From assembly GCA_021790955.1 (NCBI GenBank), contig JAJYFI010000001.1, positions 1 through 25,801 on the forward strand: DNA of 25,801 bases, written 5' to 3'. Position numbers and translations under genes: made by a program. The notes under the pieces were generated by a model. That model did no database searches and had not been told where the DNA came from. It was given only the letters and a program-made list of their open reading frames with translations. The DNA comes from a bacterium (lineage in GTDB: Bacteria; Elusimicrobiota; Elusimicrobia; UBA1565; UBA9628). Shown piece after piece: positions 1 to 7,444 of the stretch (positions are counted from its first letter, which is position 1; every line of letters starts with the position of its first letter).

Positions 1-1095
1 GGGGAGGCCGCGCCGGGCGCTCTCGCGGAGGTCTATTCGGCGGGAGGCCGTTTGCTCGGCGCAGGCTTTTACCATCCGAGAAGTTTGATTGCGGTGCGCC
101 TGCTGTCGCGCGGTCCCCTCTCCGAAGACGGCCTCGACGCTTTGTTTCGCGAACGCTTGAGAAAGGCGCTCGCCCGTCGGGAAGGGCTCTATCGGGGAGA
201 GTTCGCCTATCGGTGGTGCTTTGGCGAGTCGGACGGGTTGCCTGGCCTCGTCGTCGACCGTTTCGGGAGCGTCCTCGTCATGGAGGCCCTCTGCGCCGGA
301 ATCGATGCGCGCCTTGAACGGATCGCGGCGGCGCTCAAGGATCTCGCGCCGGTCTCGGCGATTCATCTCAAGAATTCCCATCGCATGAGGGCCCTGGAAG
401 GGCTTCCAACGGAAGATCGGACGATGCTGGGAGAGCTTCCCGCCGAGGTCGAGATCGTGCACGACGGCATCCGCTTCAAGGTGGCCTTGGGGCGAGGGCA
501 GAAGACGGGCTTCTATTTCGACCAGCGCGAGAACCGCTCGTTCATCCGACCTTACGTGCGGGGACGCCGGGTCCTCGATCTCTATTCCTACACGGGCGGC
601 TTCGCGCTCAATGCCGCCAAATTCGGCGCCGTCGAGGTGGTCGGCGTGGAGAGTTCGGCCGAAGCCGTCCGGCTGGCCCGGCAAAACGCCGCCCTCAACG
701 GCGTCGAAGAAAAAATCCGTTGGATCGAAGGGGACTCTCAAGAGGCGCTCCAGAGTCTTGGGGGCTCGGACGCCGGCCTCAGGCCCGATTTCATTATGAT
801 GGACCCGCCCAACCTGTGTCCCGCGAAAAAAGACCTGGGCCGGGCCCTGCGGGCGTACGCGGCCATGAACGCCCGGGCGATCAAGGAGCTTCCCGAGGGC
901 GGTTTGCTTGCGACCTCGAGCTGCTCCCATCACGTCAACCGCGAGATTTTCGTCGAGATGCTGCGCGCGGCCCAGGCCAGGTCCGGGCGGGCGACGAGGA
1001 TCGAGGCGCTGCGAACCCAGGCCGCGGATCATCCGATCCTTCTCGCGATGCCGGAGACGGAGTATCTCCATTTCGCGCTCCTTTCGGTGCTGTAG
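1..1095 (+). CDS. rlmI: Class I SAM-dependent rRNA methyltransferase, RlmI/RlmK family (23S rRNA m5C1962-type); 5' end outside the window
   Basis: Frame 1 is open from base 1 (GEAAPGALAEVYSAGGRLLGAGFYHPRSLIAVR, PUA-like). Family motifs: GESDGLPGLVVDRF, GQKTGFYFDQRENR, SAM motif VLDLYSYTGGF, DFIMMDPP, catalytic Cys in TSSCSHH, C-terminal DHP...PETEYL. Confidence 0.9.
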   Translation, partial: GEAAPGALAEVYSAGGRLLGAGFYHPRSLIAVRLLSRGPLSEDGLDALFRERLRKALARREGLYRGEFAYRWCFGESDGLPGLVVDRFGSVLVMEALCAGIDARLERIAAALKDLAPVSAIHLKNSHRMRALEGLPTEDRTMLGELPAEVEIVHDGIRFKVALGRGQKTGFYFDQRENRSFIRPYVRGRRVLDLYSYTGGFALNAAKFGAVEVVGVESSAEAVRLARQNAALNGVEEKIRWIEGDSQEALQSLGGSDAGLRPDFIMMDPPNLCPAKKDLGRALRAYAAMNARAIKELPEGGLLATSSCSHHVNREIFVEMLRAAQARSGRATRIEALRTQAADHPILLAMPETEYLHFALLSVL

Positions 1096-1097
1096 CC

Positions 1098-2357
1098 GTG
1101 GACGTCGACTCGTCCAAGAAATTCTCTCCTTCCAAGCTCAAGGAATACCAGATCTGCCCGCGCCGCTACGCTTTCCACTATATCGAAAGGATCCCGCGCG
1201 AAAGGACGTCCGTGGAGGCTTTGCTGGGCGTCTGCGTCCACGCCGCGCTCGAGGCTCTCTACCAAAACCTGCAAAATGGCCGCCTCATGACGATTCTCGA
1301 GGTCCTGGGGGTCTACGACGCGGAGTGGGAGAGGCGGTGGAACTCGGAGGCGATCGCCGTTTTTGAGCCTGGGCTGTCCGGCGAGCATTACCGAGCCGTC
1401 GGCCGAGAGGCCTTGACGCTCTATGACGCGGCGCACCGCCCTTTTGCTGAGGACAAGACCGTGGCCGTCGAATGCCGCGTGGGTTTCCCGCTGCTCGCGG
1501 GCGGCGAGATCTACAGGATTGAGGGATTCGTCGATCGTCTCGCCTTGGCGTCCGACGGCGCCTTCGAGATCCACGACTACAAGACGAGCCGCAGCTTGCC
1601 GGAGCAGTCGGAGCTGGAAGCCGACTGGCAGCTGGCGCTCTACGACGCCGCCGTGCGCCATGCCTGGCCGGACACGAAAACCGTCCGCCTGCGCTGGCAT
1701 TATCTCCGCTTCGGCAAGACTCTCGGCGTGGCCAAAACCGTCCCCGAACTCGACTCCCTCAAGAAGGATGTCGCGAGGCTCATTCTCGAAATCAAGGGCG
1801 ACAGACGGTTCGCTCCCCAGAAAAACGCCCTCTGCCCCCGCTGCGAATACCGGGCTATTTGCCCGCTCTTTAAGCATGCCGAGGAAGTCTCCAGGATGCC
1901 GGTCCAAGAGAGCGGCATCGAGGAAGGAGTGCTCCTGGTCGAAAGGCTAGCCGATATCGTTTCGCGCAAGAAGGCCGCGAGGACGTCTCTGCGGGCCATC
2001 GAGGAGGAGGAAAAGGCGACGGAAGCGGAGCTCTTGAGCTACGCCCAAGGGCGCGGCCTCCTCGCGGTGCACGGCCGCCGCGGCTACGTCTCGATGTCGG
2101 AAAAGGAGGAGATCCACCTCCCCACCAAGACCCATGCCCCCGAAGGTCATGATCGGCTGGAGGCGGCGCTCAAGGAGAGCCCCTTATGGCCGGAAATCTC
2201 GAAGCTCGACGGCCATCGGCTCGTCGAGGGGCTCAAGGATGGCCATTGGGACGACGCCTCCCGCAGGTTCGTCGAAGAGCTGCTGCTTCGCTACGCCAAA
2301 CGCGAGACGTCCTGGATCCTTCGCTTCCATCCGTCGAAGGAGGAAGCGGAAGAGTAG
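1098..2357 (+). CDS. PD-(D/E)XK nuclease family protein (RecB/AddB/Cas4-like) with four-Cys Fe-S staple and C-terminal helical extension, 419 aa
   Basis: GTG start at 1098, 2 nt after the rlmI stop; the track's 720 start overlaps rlmI. Motifs: FSPSKLKEYQICPRRY, LGVCVHAALE, VE...IEGFVDRL...IHDYKT, QLALY, CPRCEYRAICP. Confidence 0.88.
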   Translation: MDVDSSKKFSPSKLKEYQICPRRYAFHYIERIPRERTSVEALLGVCVHAALEALYQNLQNGRLMTILEVLGVYDAEWERRWNSEAIAVFEPGLSGEHYRAVGREALTLYDAAHRPFAEDKTVAVECRVGFPLLAGGEIYRIEGFVDRLALASDGAFEIHDYKTSRSLPEQSELEADWQLALYDAAVRHAWPDTKTVRLRWHYLRFGKTLGVAKTVPELDSLKKDVARLILEIKGDRRFAPQKNALCPRCEYRAICPLFKHAEEVSRMPVQESGIEEGVLLVERLADIVSRKKAARTSLRAIEEEEKATEAELLSYAQGRGLLAVHGRRGYVSMSEKEEIHLPTKTHAPEGHDRLEAALKESPLWPEISKLDGHRLVEGLKDGHWDDASRRFVEELLLRYAKRETSWILRFHPSKEEAEE

Positions 2358-2387
2358 GTTCTCTCCGAGCGTCCCTGGCGACGAAAA

Positions 2388-2579
2388 TCAGAAAGCCCGG
2401 GAGCTTGAATGCAGGCCCAACTGTTGGGCGAGGCTTCCCCAATCCGACTGAAGCCTCTGGTAGTCGGCCTCGAGCGTTTCCCAGCCTCGTGCGAATTCAA
2501 GTTCCCGGGCTTTTGCGGATTCCCGTTTCGGTGCGTCCTTGGCGCGGTTCGAGTTCTTTCGCATCGCTTGCCTGTGCAT
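2388..2579 (-). CDS. Possible small protein, 63 aa (MHRQAMRKNSNRAKDAPKRESAKARELEFARGWETLEADYQRLQSDWGSLAQQLGLHSSSRAF)
   Basis: ATG at 2579 preceded by purine-rich AAGGAATTCAGGAC, directly downstream of a strong - strand promoter. The C-terminal half reads as an amphipathic helix. No recognised family. Confidence 0.3.
   Translation of the reverse strand: MHRQAMRKNSNRAKDAPKRESAKARELEFARGWETLEADYQRLQSDWGSLAQQLGLHSSSRAF
2392..2513. repeat. 19-bp inverted repeat closing a 122-nt fold-back element (structured RNA candidate)
   Basis: AAAGCCCGGGAGCTTGAAT (2392-2410) pairs with ATTCAAGTTCCCGGGCTTT (2495-2513): 18/19 Watson-Crick plus one G-U on the + strand. Internal hairpins at 2415-2429 and 2444-2467. 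Confidence 0.85.
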
Positions 2580-2601
2580 GTCCTGAATTCCTTCGCGGCG
2601 G

Positions 2602-2630
2602 AGGATAGCCCCCCAATGATTTTTTGTCAA
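2602..2630 (-). promoter_or_regulatory. sigma70-type promoter, leftward
   Basis: Minus strand TTGACA (2630-2625), 17 nt, TATCCT (2607-2602). Confidence 0.7.
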
Positions 2631-2684
2631 TAGCGATTTCCGCCGTTCGAAAGCCCCGCCTCCCGGCGGGCCTTGGAAGAAGAC

Positions 2685-2713
2685 TTGCAAATGAAATGGG
2701 GGCGCGTTATAAC
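2685..2713 (+). promoter_or_regulatory. sigma70-type promoter for the Tad/FtsH unit
   Basis: TTGCAA (2685-2690), 17 nt, TATAAC (2708-2713), 20 nt upstream of ATG 2734. Confidence 0.7.
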
Positions 2714-2733
2714 ATGCGCGTAGTTTGGGGTTC

Positions 2734-4128
2734 ATGCGGAAATCTCCTCTCAAGTCTTCCCGCGGGCAGCTTCTCATACCCGCGCTCTTTATTTTCCCGA
2801 GCCTGTTTTTGTTCGTTTATCTGATCTACGAGACGGCGAAGCTCTCCCGCGAAAAGATCCGCCACCAGTTCGCGATCGACTCGGCGGCCTTCATCGAGAT
2901 GAGCAACTATTCCGATTTTCTCAATCGCTCGGCCTATGTCAACGGCGCCTTCCCGATGCGCATCTTTAAGGAAGCGTTCGGCCCGGCGACGCAGATCCAG
3001 TTGAGATGCTACGACAGCCCCTGCCCCTCGGCGGACAGCCTCATGACGCTGATGTTCATGAACGGGGATTTTCCGATGGACACCCAAGATTCGGATTGGA
3101 TGAGCGCCGGAGGCGAGCAAGCCTACACGGCGAAAGCCAAGTGGGAAATCAGATTCTGCGATTCAAGCAGCAATCCGCCCTGCTTCATCGGCAACAAGGG
3201 AACCACCGACGGGGAGCCTGCCGACGGCGACGGCATGAACGTGGTGCCGCCGCCCACGCGGCAATGCGACAGCACGCTTCTTAAACAGCAGGGCGTCTCC
3301 CCGGGCGGCTCCTGCCATGAAATTTTCAACTACGGCACGGCCCAGGATTACGCCTCACCCATCCAGTACACCTGCGTCGCCCCGTATAGCGGCTCGGATT
3401 CGAGCAATCTCTGCCTCCAGCCGGGCCAGACGATCATCGACATATGGGCCAAGGTCTATACGCTGCTCGGCCAGGTCGAGGGCGCCCAGTTCGGGGTTCT
3501 GGGACGGCTCGCCGCCGACCATCACTTCCTGAAGAAGTCCTATTGGCTCAACACCTCGGGGCAGGGCCCCGACGGAGCCGACGCCCAGACCGCCTCGAAC
3601 AGCTTCAACGCCTCGGGGGCCTCCGGCTTCCAGAGCGCCGTGAGCTTCGACTGCCTCGATACGGTCACGGGCTTCGCGAGGACCGCCCACGGCCGCGGAG
3701 GCTGCCAGCCGGCGAAAGCGCCTTTTCTCGGAACGATGCAGCCCGCCCCCATGTGCATCATCAATCCGCCGATCCCGCTCTCCGGCACGGATTCCTGCCC
3801 CGAAGCCGGCGGGGGCATGGGAAGCGGGCTGTTTCAAGTGGCCTCTCTGGACCCGGGGATGGTGACGCCCGACGGGGGCGGGGGATCGATGCAGCGGGGA
3901 TGGATCGCGGCGACCACGTGGCATATCGTCGATCCCAAGACGGACGGAGCCGTCGACTGGGGCTCGGGGGCGGAAAATTTTTTCGGGGTGCCTTTCCAGG
4001 CTCCGGCCGTCTGCGCCAAGGCGACGCTTGGCGAGAGCCCCGACCCATACGCCAGCGTTTGGCCGGACCCGACCCCGAAATTTCAAACGCGGCTGAGGCC
4101 TTGCGACGTGTTGCCCATCGCGCTATGA
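2734..4128 (+). CDS. Tad-domain (TadG/TadE-like) pseudopilin with large Cys-rich C-terminal region, 464 aa
   Basis: N-terminus KSSRG|QLLIPALFIFPSLFLFVYLIYETAKLSREKIRHQFAIDSAA matches the Flp/Tad pseudopilin pattern (basic leader, G|Q, hydrophobic helix, 'Q-x-A-x-D-x-AA'). 14 Cys. ATG 2734 preferred over TTG 2725. Confidence 0.8.
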   Translation: MRKSPLKSSRGQLLIPALFIFPSLFLFVYLIYETAKLSREKIRHQFAIDSAAFIEMSNYSDFLNRSAYVNGAFPMRIFKEAFGPATQIQLRCYDSPCPSADSLMTLMFMNGDFPMDTQDSDWMSAGGEQAYTAKAKWEIRFCDSSSNPPCFIGNKGTTDGEPADGDGMNVVPPPTRQCDSTLLKQQGVSPGGSCHEIFNYGTAQDYASPIQYTCVAPYSGSDSSNLCLQPGQTIIDIWAKVYTLLGQVEGAQFGVLGRLAADHHFLKKSYWLNTSGQGPDGADAQTASNSFNASGASGFQSAVSFDCLDTVTGFARTAHGRGGCQPAKAPFLGTMQPAPMCIINPPIPLSGTDSCPEAGGGMGSGLFQVASLDPGMVTPDGGGGSMQRGWIAATTWHIVDPKTDGAVDWGSGAENFFGVPFQAPAVCAKATLGESPDPYASVWPDPTPKFQTRLRPCDVLPIAL

Positions 4129-4601
4129 CACGCGCCCGCGGGGCCAGGTCCGGCCAAGCGACGACGGAGGTCGTCCTGCTCATCCCGCTCTTCATTTTTT
4201 TCATGTTCGCTTTTGTTAAAATTTTTGGCCTCCTTATCCTGATTCAGCGCATGGAGATCGCTTCCTATTACGCCGCGCGGCGCTGGCAGCTGGAGTCGCA
4301 CCGCAACGTGGCGATCCAGCAGAGCTTCGACATGCCGACGCTCCTTCCCGACATCCAGTCCAAGGTGCAGAATTACCTGGGTTGGGGCAATCCCGAGTTC
4401 CAGAACCTCTTCGCCCTCGCCGACCCCGGGCCGATGGTGAGCGTCCAGCCGACCGAGGTATGGAACGTCGTGACGCTCACGGTTCCGATCTCGGAGACCC
4501 TCCTTTTTTTCAAGTTCAAGCCCCTGAACACGACGATGACCGTCACGAAGTACGTGCCGAATCGCGACAGGCCCATTCTATTTAAGCTGCCCGGGAGCTA
4601 G
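4125..4601 (+). CDS. TadE-family pseudopilin, 158 aa
   Basis: ATGA overlap with the upstream stop. ARSG|QATTEVVLLIPLFIFFMFAFVKIFG has the G|Q site, Glu at +5 and the LIP motif, then ASYYAARR, typical of TadE. Confidence 0.85.
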   Translation: MTRARGARSGQATTEVVLLIPLFIFFMFAFVKIFGLLILIQRMEIASYYAARRWQLESHRNVAIQQSFDMPTLLPDIQSKVQNYLGWGNPEFQNLFALADPGPMVSVQPTEVWNVVTLTVPISETLLFFKFKPLNTTMTVTKYVPNRDRPILFKLPGS

Positions 4602-4610
4602 AGGATTACG

Positions 4611-6305
4611 ATGAAAAAAATCTGGAGCCGTGCGAGGCTCTTCATGCAGCGCTGGTGGCTCGCGGTCGCGATCGTCGTCGGCCTCGGGCTTTCGATCGGG
4701 CTTCCGCTCTGGTACCTGGCGGGCATGGAGCCCGCGCTCAGGCGCTACATCATCGGCATCAACATGGCGGGGTTTCCGATGACCATCATCGGGACCCTGA
4801 TCTTCGTCGCCTTCCTTTATCTCATTCAGTACGGCGGCGGGTTCGCCCGCTTCCGCAAGGCGCGCATCGACGCCCAGAACGTCCAAGTCCGATTCCCGGA
4901 CGTCATCGGCCTGACGGAGGCCAAGCGCGAGGCGCTGGAGGTGGTCGAGCTCATCAAGGACCGCGCCGCGCTCAAGAAAGTCGGCGGGAAGATCATCCAC
5001 GGTCTCCTCATGATCGGCCCGCCCGGCTGCGGCAAGACCATGCTTGCCAAGGCGATCGCGACCGAGGCGGGGGTTCCCTTCCTCTCCGCGGCGGGCTCCG
5101 AGTTCGTCGAGATCTTCGTGGGGGTCGGCGCCTCGCGCGTGAGGAAGCTCTTCAAGCAGGCTCGGCAGTACGCCCAGGCCTACGGCGCCGCGATCATCTT
5201 CATCGACGAGCTCGAAGTCGTGGGCAAGTCCCGCGTCTTCTTCGACGCCTTCGGGGGCTCCTCGGAATCGAACAGCACCTTGAACCAGCTCTTGGTCGAG
5301 ATGGACGGCCTCACCGACATCGACGCCCCGGTGGTCGTGATCGGCGCGATGAACGCCCAACGCGAGGTTCTGGACCCCGCGCTCGTGCGTCCCGGGCGTT
5401 TCGACAGGACCATCACCATCGGAAGGCCCAATCTTTCCGAGCGCCAGGAGATATTCGAATATTACGCCAAAAAGATCCGCCTGGAGCCCGGGATGGATCT
5501 GGGGCGCCTCGCCCGAAAGGCCGTCTACAAGACGCCGGCCGAGATCGAGAATATCCTCAAGGAGGCGGCCTTGATCGCGACCCGCGACCGTCGCGAGATC
5601 GTCAGTTACAAGGACCTCTCTTCCGCGATCGAACGGATCGAGCTGGGGCTGGCGCATCGGCTCAATCTGACTCCCAAGGAAAAGCGGATGACCGCCTACC
5701 ATGAGGCGGGGCATCTCATCGTTCTGTACCTGACCCATCCGACGAACGACGTCTTCAAGGCCTCGATCATCGAACGCGGCGGGACGTTGGGGGTCGTCCA
5801 TTCCATCCCGCGGGAAGAACTCTATTCTTCGGACGCCAAGACGCTGCGCGCCCATATCAACGTCGCTCTTGGAGGCTACGCCGCGGAGAAGCTCAAATTT
5901 GGCGTGACGACGGATGGGGTTTCGGCCGATTTCGCCAACGCCGTTGAGATCGCGCACAAAATGGTGTGGCGATACGGCATGGGCCCCGAGGATTTGGTGG
6001 GAGACTTCACCCTGATCCCCAAGGAACAGCTCTCGGAAAGCCTCAAGGAACGCTTAAACGCCGCCACCCAATCGATCCTTCATGAATCCCTCAAGGAGGT
6101 CGAGAGTCTTCTAAGGGAGCATTCCTCAATCCTTGAGCGATTTGCGGAGGAGCTCGTCCGTCGCGAAGAACTTGATTATGATGAAATCGCCGCGATTTTT
6201 ACGGAATATGGCAAGCCCCCCAAGCCTCTTCCCGTCCCGGCCCCGGCCTTGCCCTCTCCTCAGTTGGACGGGAACGGCAACGGCAGCCCAGTAAAAACTG
6301 GGTAA
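4611..6305 (+). CDS. ftsH: FtsH-family ATP-dependent zinc metalloprotease paralog (2 TM, AAA+, peptidase M41), 564 aa
   Basis: SD GAGGA. Two N-terminal TM helices; VRFPDVIG; Walker A GPPGCGKT; pore-1 EFVEIFVGVG; Walker B IIFIDE; TLNQLLVEMDG; SRH LDPALVRPGRFDR; HEAGH zinc motif; GVSADF (third ligand Asp). Confidence 0.93.
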   Translation: MKKIWSRARLFMQRWWLAVAIVVGLGLSIGLPLWYLAGMEPALRRYIIGINMAGFPMTIIGTLIFVAFLYLIQYGGGFARFRKARIDAQNVQVRFPDVIGLTEAKREALEVVELIKDRAALKKVGGKIIHGLLMIGPPGCGKTMLAKAIATEAGVPFLSAAGSEFVEIFVGVGASRVRKLFKQARQYAQAYGAAIIFIDELEVVGKSRVFFDAFGGSSESNSTLNQLLVEMDGLTDIDAPVVVIGAMNAQREVLDPALVRPGRFDRTITIGRPNLSERQEIFEYYAKKIRLEPGMDLGRLARKAVYKTPAEIENILKEAALIATRDRREIVSYKDLSSAIERIELGLAHRLNLTPKEKRMTAYHEAGHLIVLYLTHPTNDVFKASIIERGGTLGVVHSIPREELYSSDAKTLRAHINVALGGYAAEKLKFGVTTDGVSADFANAVEIAHKMVWRYGMGPEDLVGDFTLIPKEQLSESLKERLNAATQSILHESLKEVESLLREHSSILERFAEELVRREELDYDEIAAIFTEYGKPPKPLPVPAPALPSPQLDGNGNGSPVKTG

Positions 6306-6321
6306 GCTCCGGCCCTCTCGC

Positions 6322-6350
6322 TTGACAAAGGAGAGGGAGCGCATTAAACT
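6322..6350 (+). promoter_or_regulatory. sigma70-type promoter heading the first block of Gly/Ala-rich paralogs
   Basis: TTGACA (6322-6327), 17 nt, TAAACT (6345-6350). The ORF track's TTG start at 6322 is this -35 box. Confidence 0.72.
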
Positions 6351-6366
6351 CAGGTTTCGAGGGCAC

Positions 6367-7410
6367 ATGGCGCTCACCGTCACGAGAAAAGGTTCGGACC
6401 CTTTCAAGAAATATTGGTGGTTGGTTCTGCTCATTTTTTTGCTGATGGGCGCCTGGAGCTTGTTTCCGACATTGGGGGGCGGCGTGGCGGGGCTCGACCG
6501 CAACCGCTTTCTTCTGGACGCCGGCGCCTTGAAGCCCTTGGACCAGAGCTTGGATGCCCTCAACTCTTCCCCGATCGGAGCCTCCGCGCCGGGAGGCGCC
6601 TTGGGGGGCGCGGTGAAAAGCGGCGCTGGAGGAGGCTCGACGGACCCCGGCGCCATGCTCTATCGGTCTCCCGCCGCGGGGGCCGCTTCGGCGGCGCCCG
6701 CGGCCGCTCCTCTGGCTGACGCCCTGGGAGAGATCAGCCGCCGGCCGGGCGGCGCCATGGCTGCCGCGCCGGCCGCGGCGGCCGCCTCGCCGTATTCGAT
6801 TCCATCCGCCAAGTTCGCGCCGATCGCGATGGGAGGCGGCGGGGGCGGCTCGGGCGCCGGATACGGCGCGGGAGGCTCGGCCGGCCTCGGAGCCTTCGGG
6901 ACGGTCAACGCGCGCCCCGGCATCTCGGCCGCGCAGGGGATGAGCCAGGACATGGCGGCGCTCTCTCCCAAAGGCGGCGCGTTTTCCCAGCTCAAGGCCG
7001 CCGCGGGCTCCGGAGCCGCCCTGGCCGGCATGACGGCCGGGTCGGCCGCGAAGGGCATGAGCAACTCCAATTTCGACGGCAGCGGCGGCGCGGGCGTCGC
7101 GCTTCCGGAGACGTCCGGAGGGGGTTTTGGGGCCACCCAGCAGGGGCTTTTGAGCTTGGCTGCGCCCGCGCCGGGGACGGCGCAAATGACGGGAGGGGCG
7201 ATGCCGCCCGCGCCCATGGCCTCGGGCCCCAGCAAGCAGAAGCAGATGTTGATGATGCTCATGATGGCGGGCGCTATGGGGCTCATGATGGCCGCGACCG
7301 GCGGCTCGGCCTCGATGATCATGCCGATGATGGCCATGCAGATGATGCCGATGATGATGGGCATGATGACGGGGCCTTCCGGGGGCTATGGCGGCGGCTA
7401 CGGCGGCTAG
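6367..7410 (+). CDS. Gly/Ala-rich membrane-anchored hypothetical protein, array member 1, with Met-rich C-terminus, 347 aa
   Basis: ATG 6367 after GAGG. TM segment KKYWWLVLLIFLLMGAWSLFP; family motif AFSQLKAAAG...SNSNFDG; 20 Met in 41 residues near the C-terminus. Confidence 0.85.
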   Translation: MALTVTRKGSDPFKKYWWLVLLIFLLMGAWSLFPTLGGGVAGLDRNRFLLDAGALKPLDQSLDALNSSPIGASAPGGALGGAVKSGAGGGSTDPGAMLYRSPAAGAASAAPAAAPLADALGEISRRPGGAMAAAPAAAAASPYSIPSAKFAPIAMGGGGGGSGAGYGAGGSAGLGAFGTVNARPGISAAQGMSQDMAALSPKGGAFSQLKAAAGSGAALAGMTAGSAAKGMSNSNFDGSGGAGVALPETSGGGFGATQQGLLSLAAPAPGTAQMTGGAMPPAPMASGPSKQKQMLMMLMMAGAMGLMMAATGGSASMIMPMMAMQMMPMMMGMMTGPSGGYGGGYGG

Positions 7411-7444
7411 TCCTTGAAAGTAGATTTGTTGAAGGAGGGAGTTC

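Noticed and set aside
1098-2357. Cas4 of a CRISPR system
   Set aside because: No cas1/cas2 and no repeat-spacer array anywhere in the window.
2370-2404. ykkC/guanidine-I riboswitch suggested by AAAGCCCGGGAG
   Set aside because: Only the 3' tail matches. The upstream CUAGGGUUCCG and GGUCCGAG elements are absent, and the motif is explained as one arm of the inverted repeat.
2392-2513. MITE/IS remnant as a firm call
   Set aside because: No target-site duplication is visible and there is no second copy in the window; kept only as an alternative in findings.
2530-2570. tRNA or tmRNA suggested by the T-loop-like GGTTCGAGT at 2546-2554
   Set aside because: No complementary T-stem, acceptor stem, D-arm or CCA can be built around it.
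2500-2580. c-di-GMP-I riboswitch resemblance on the - strand (GCACAGGCAAG...GAAAG...GCAAAAGCC)
   Set aside because: The P2 stem around GAAA does not pair and the spacing to GCAAAG is too long; cmscan would be needed to revive it.
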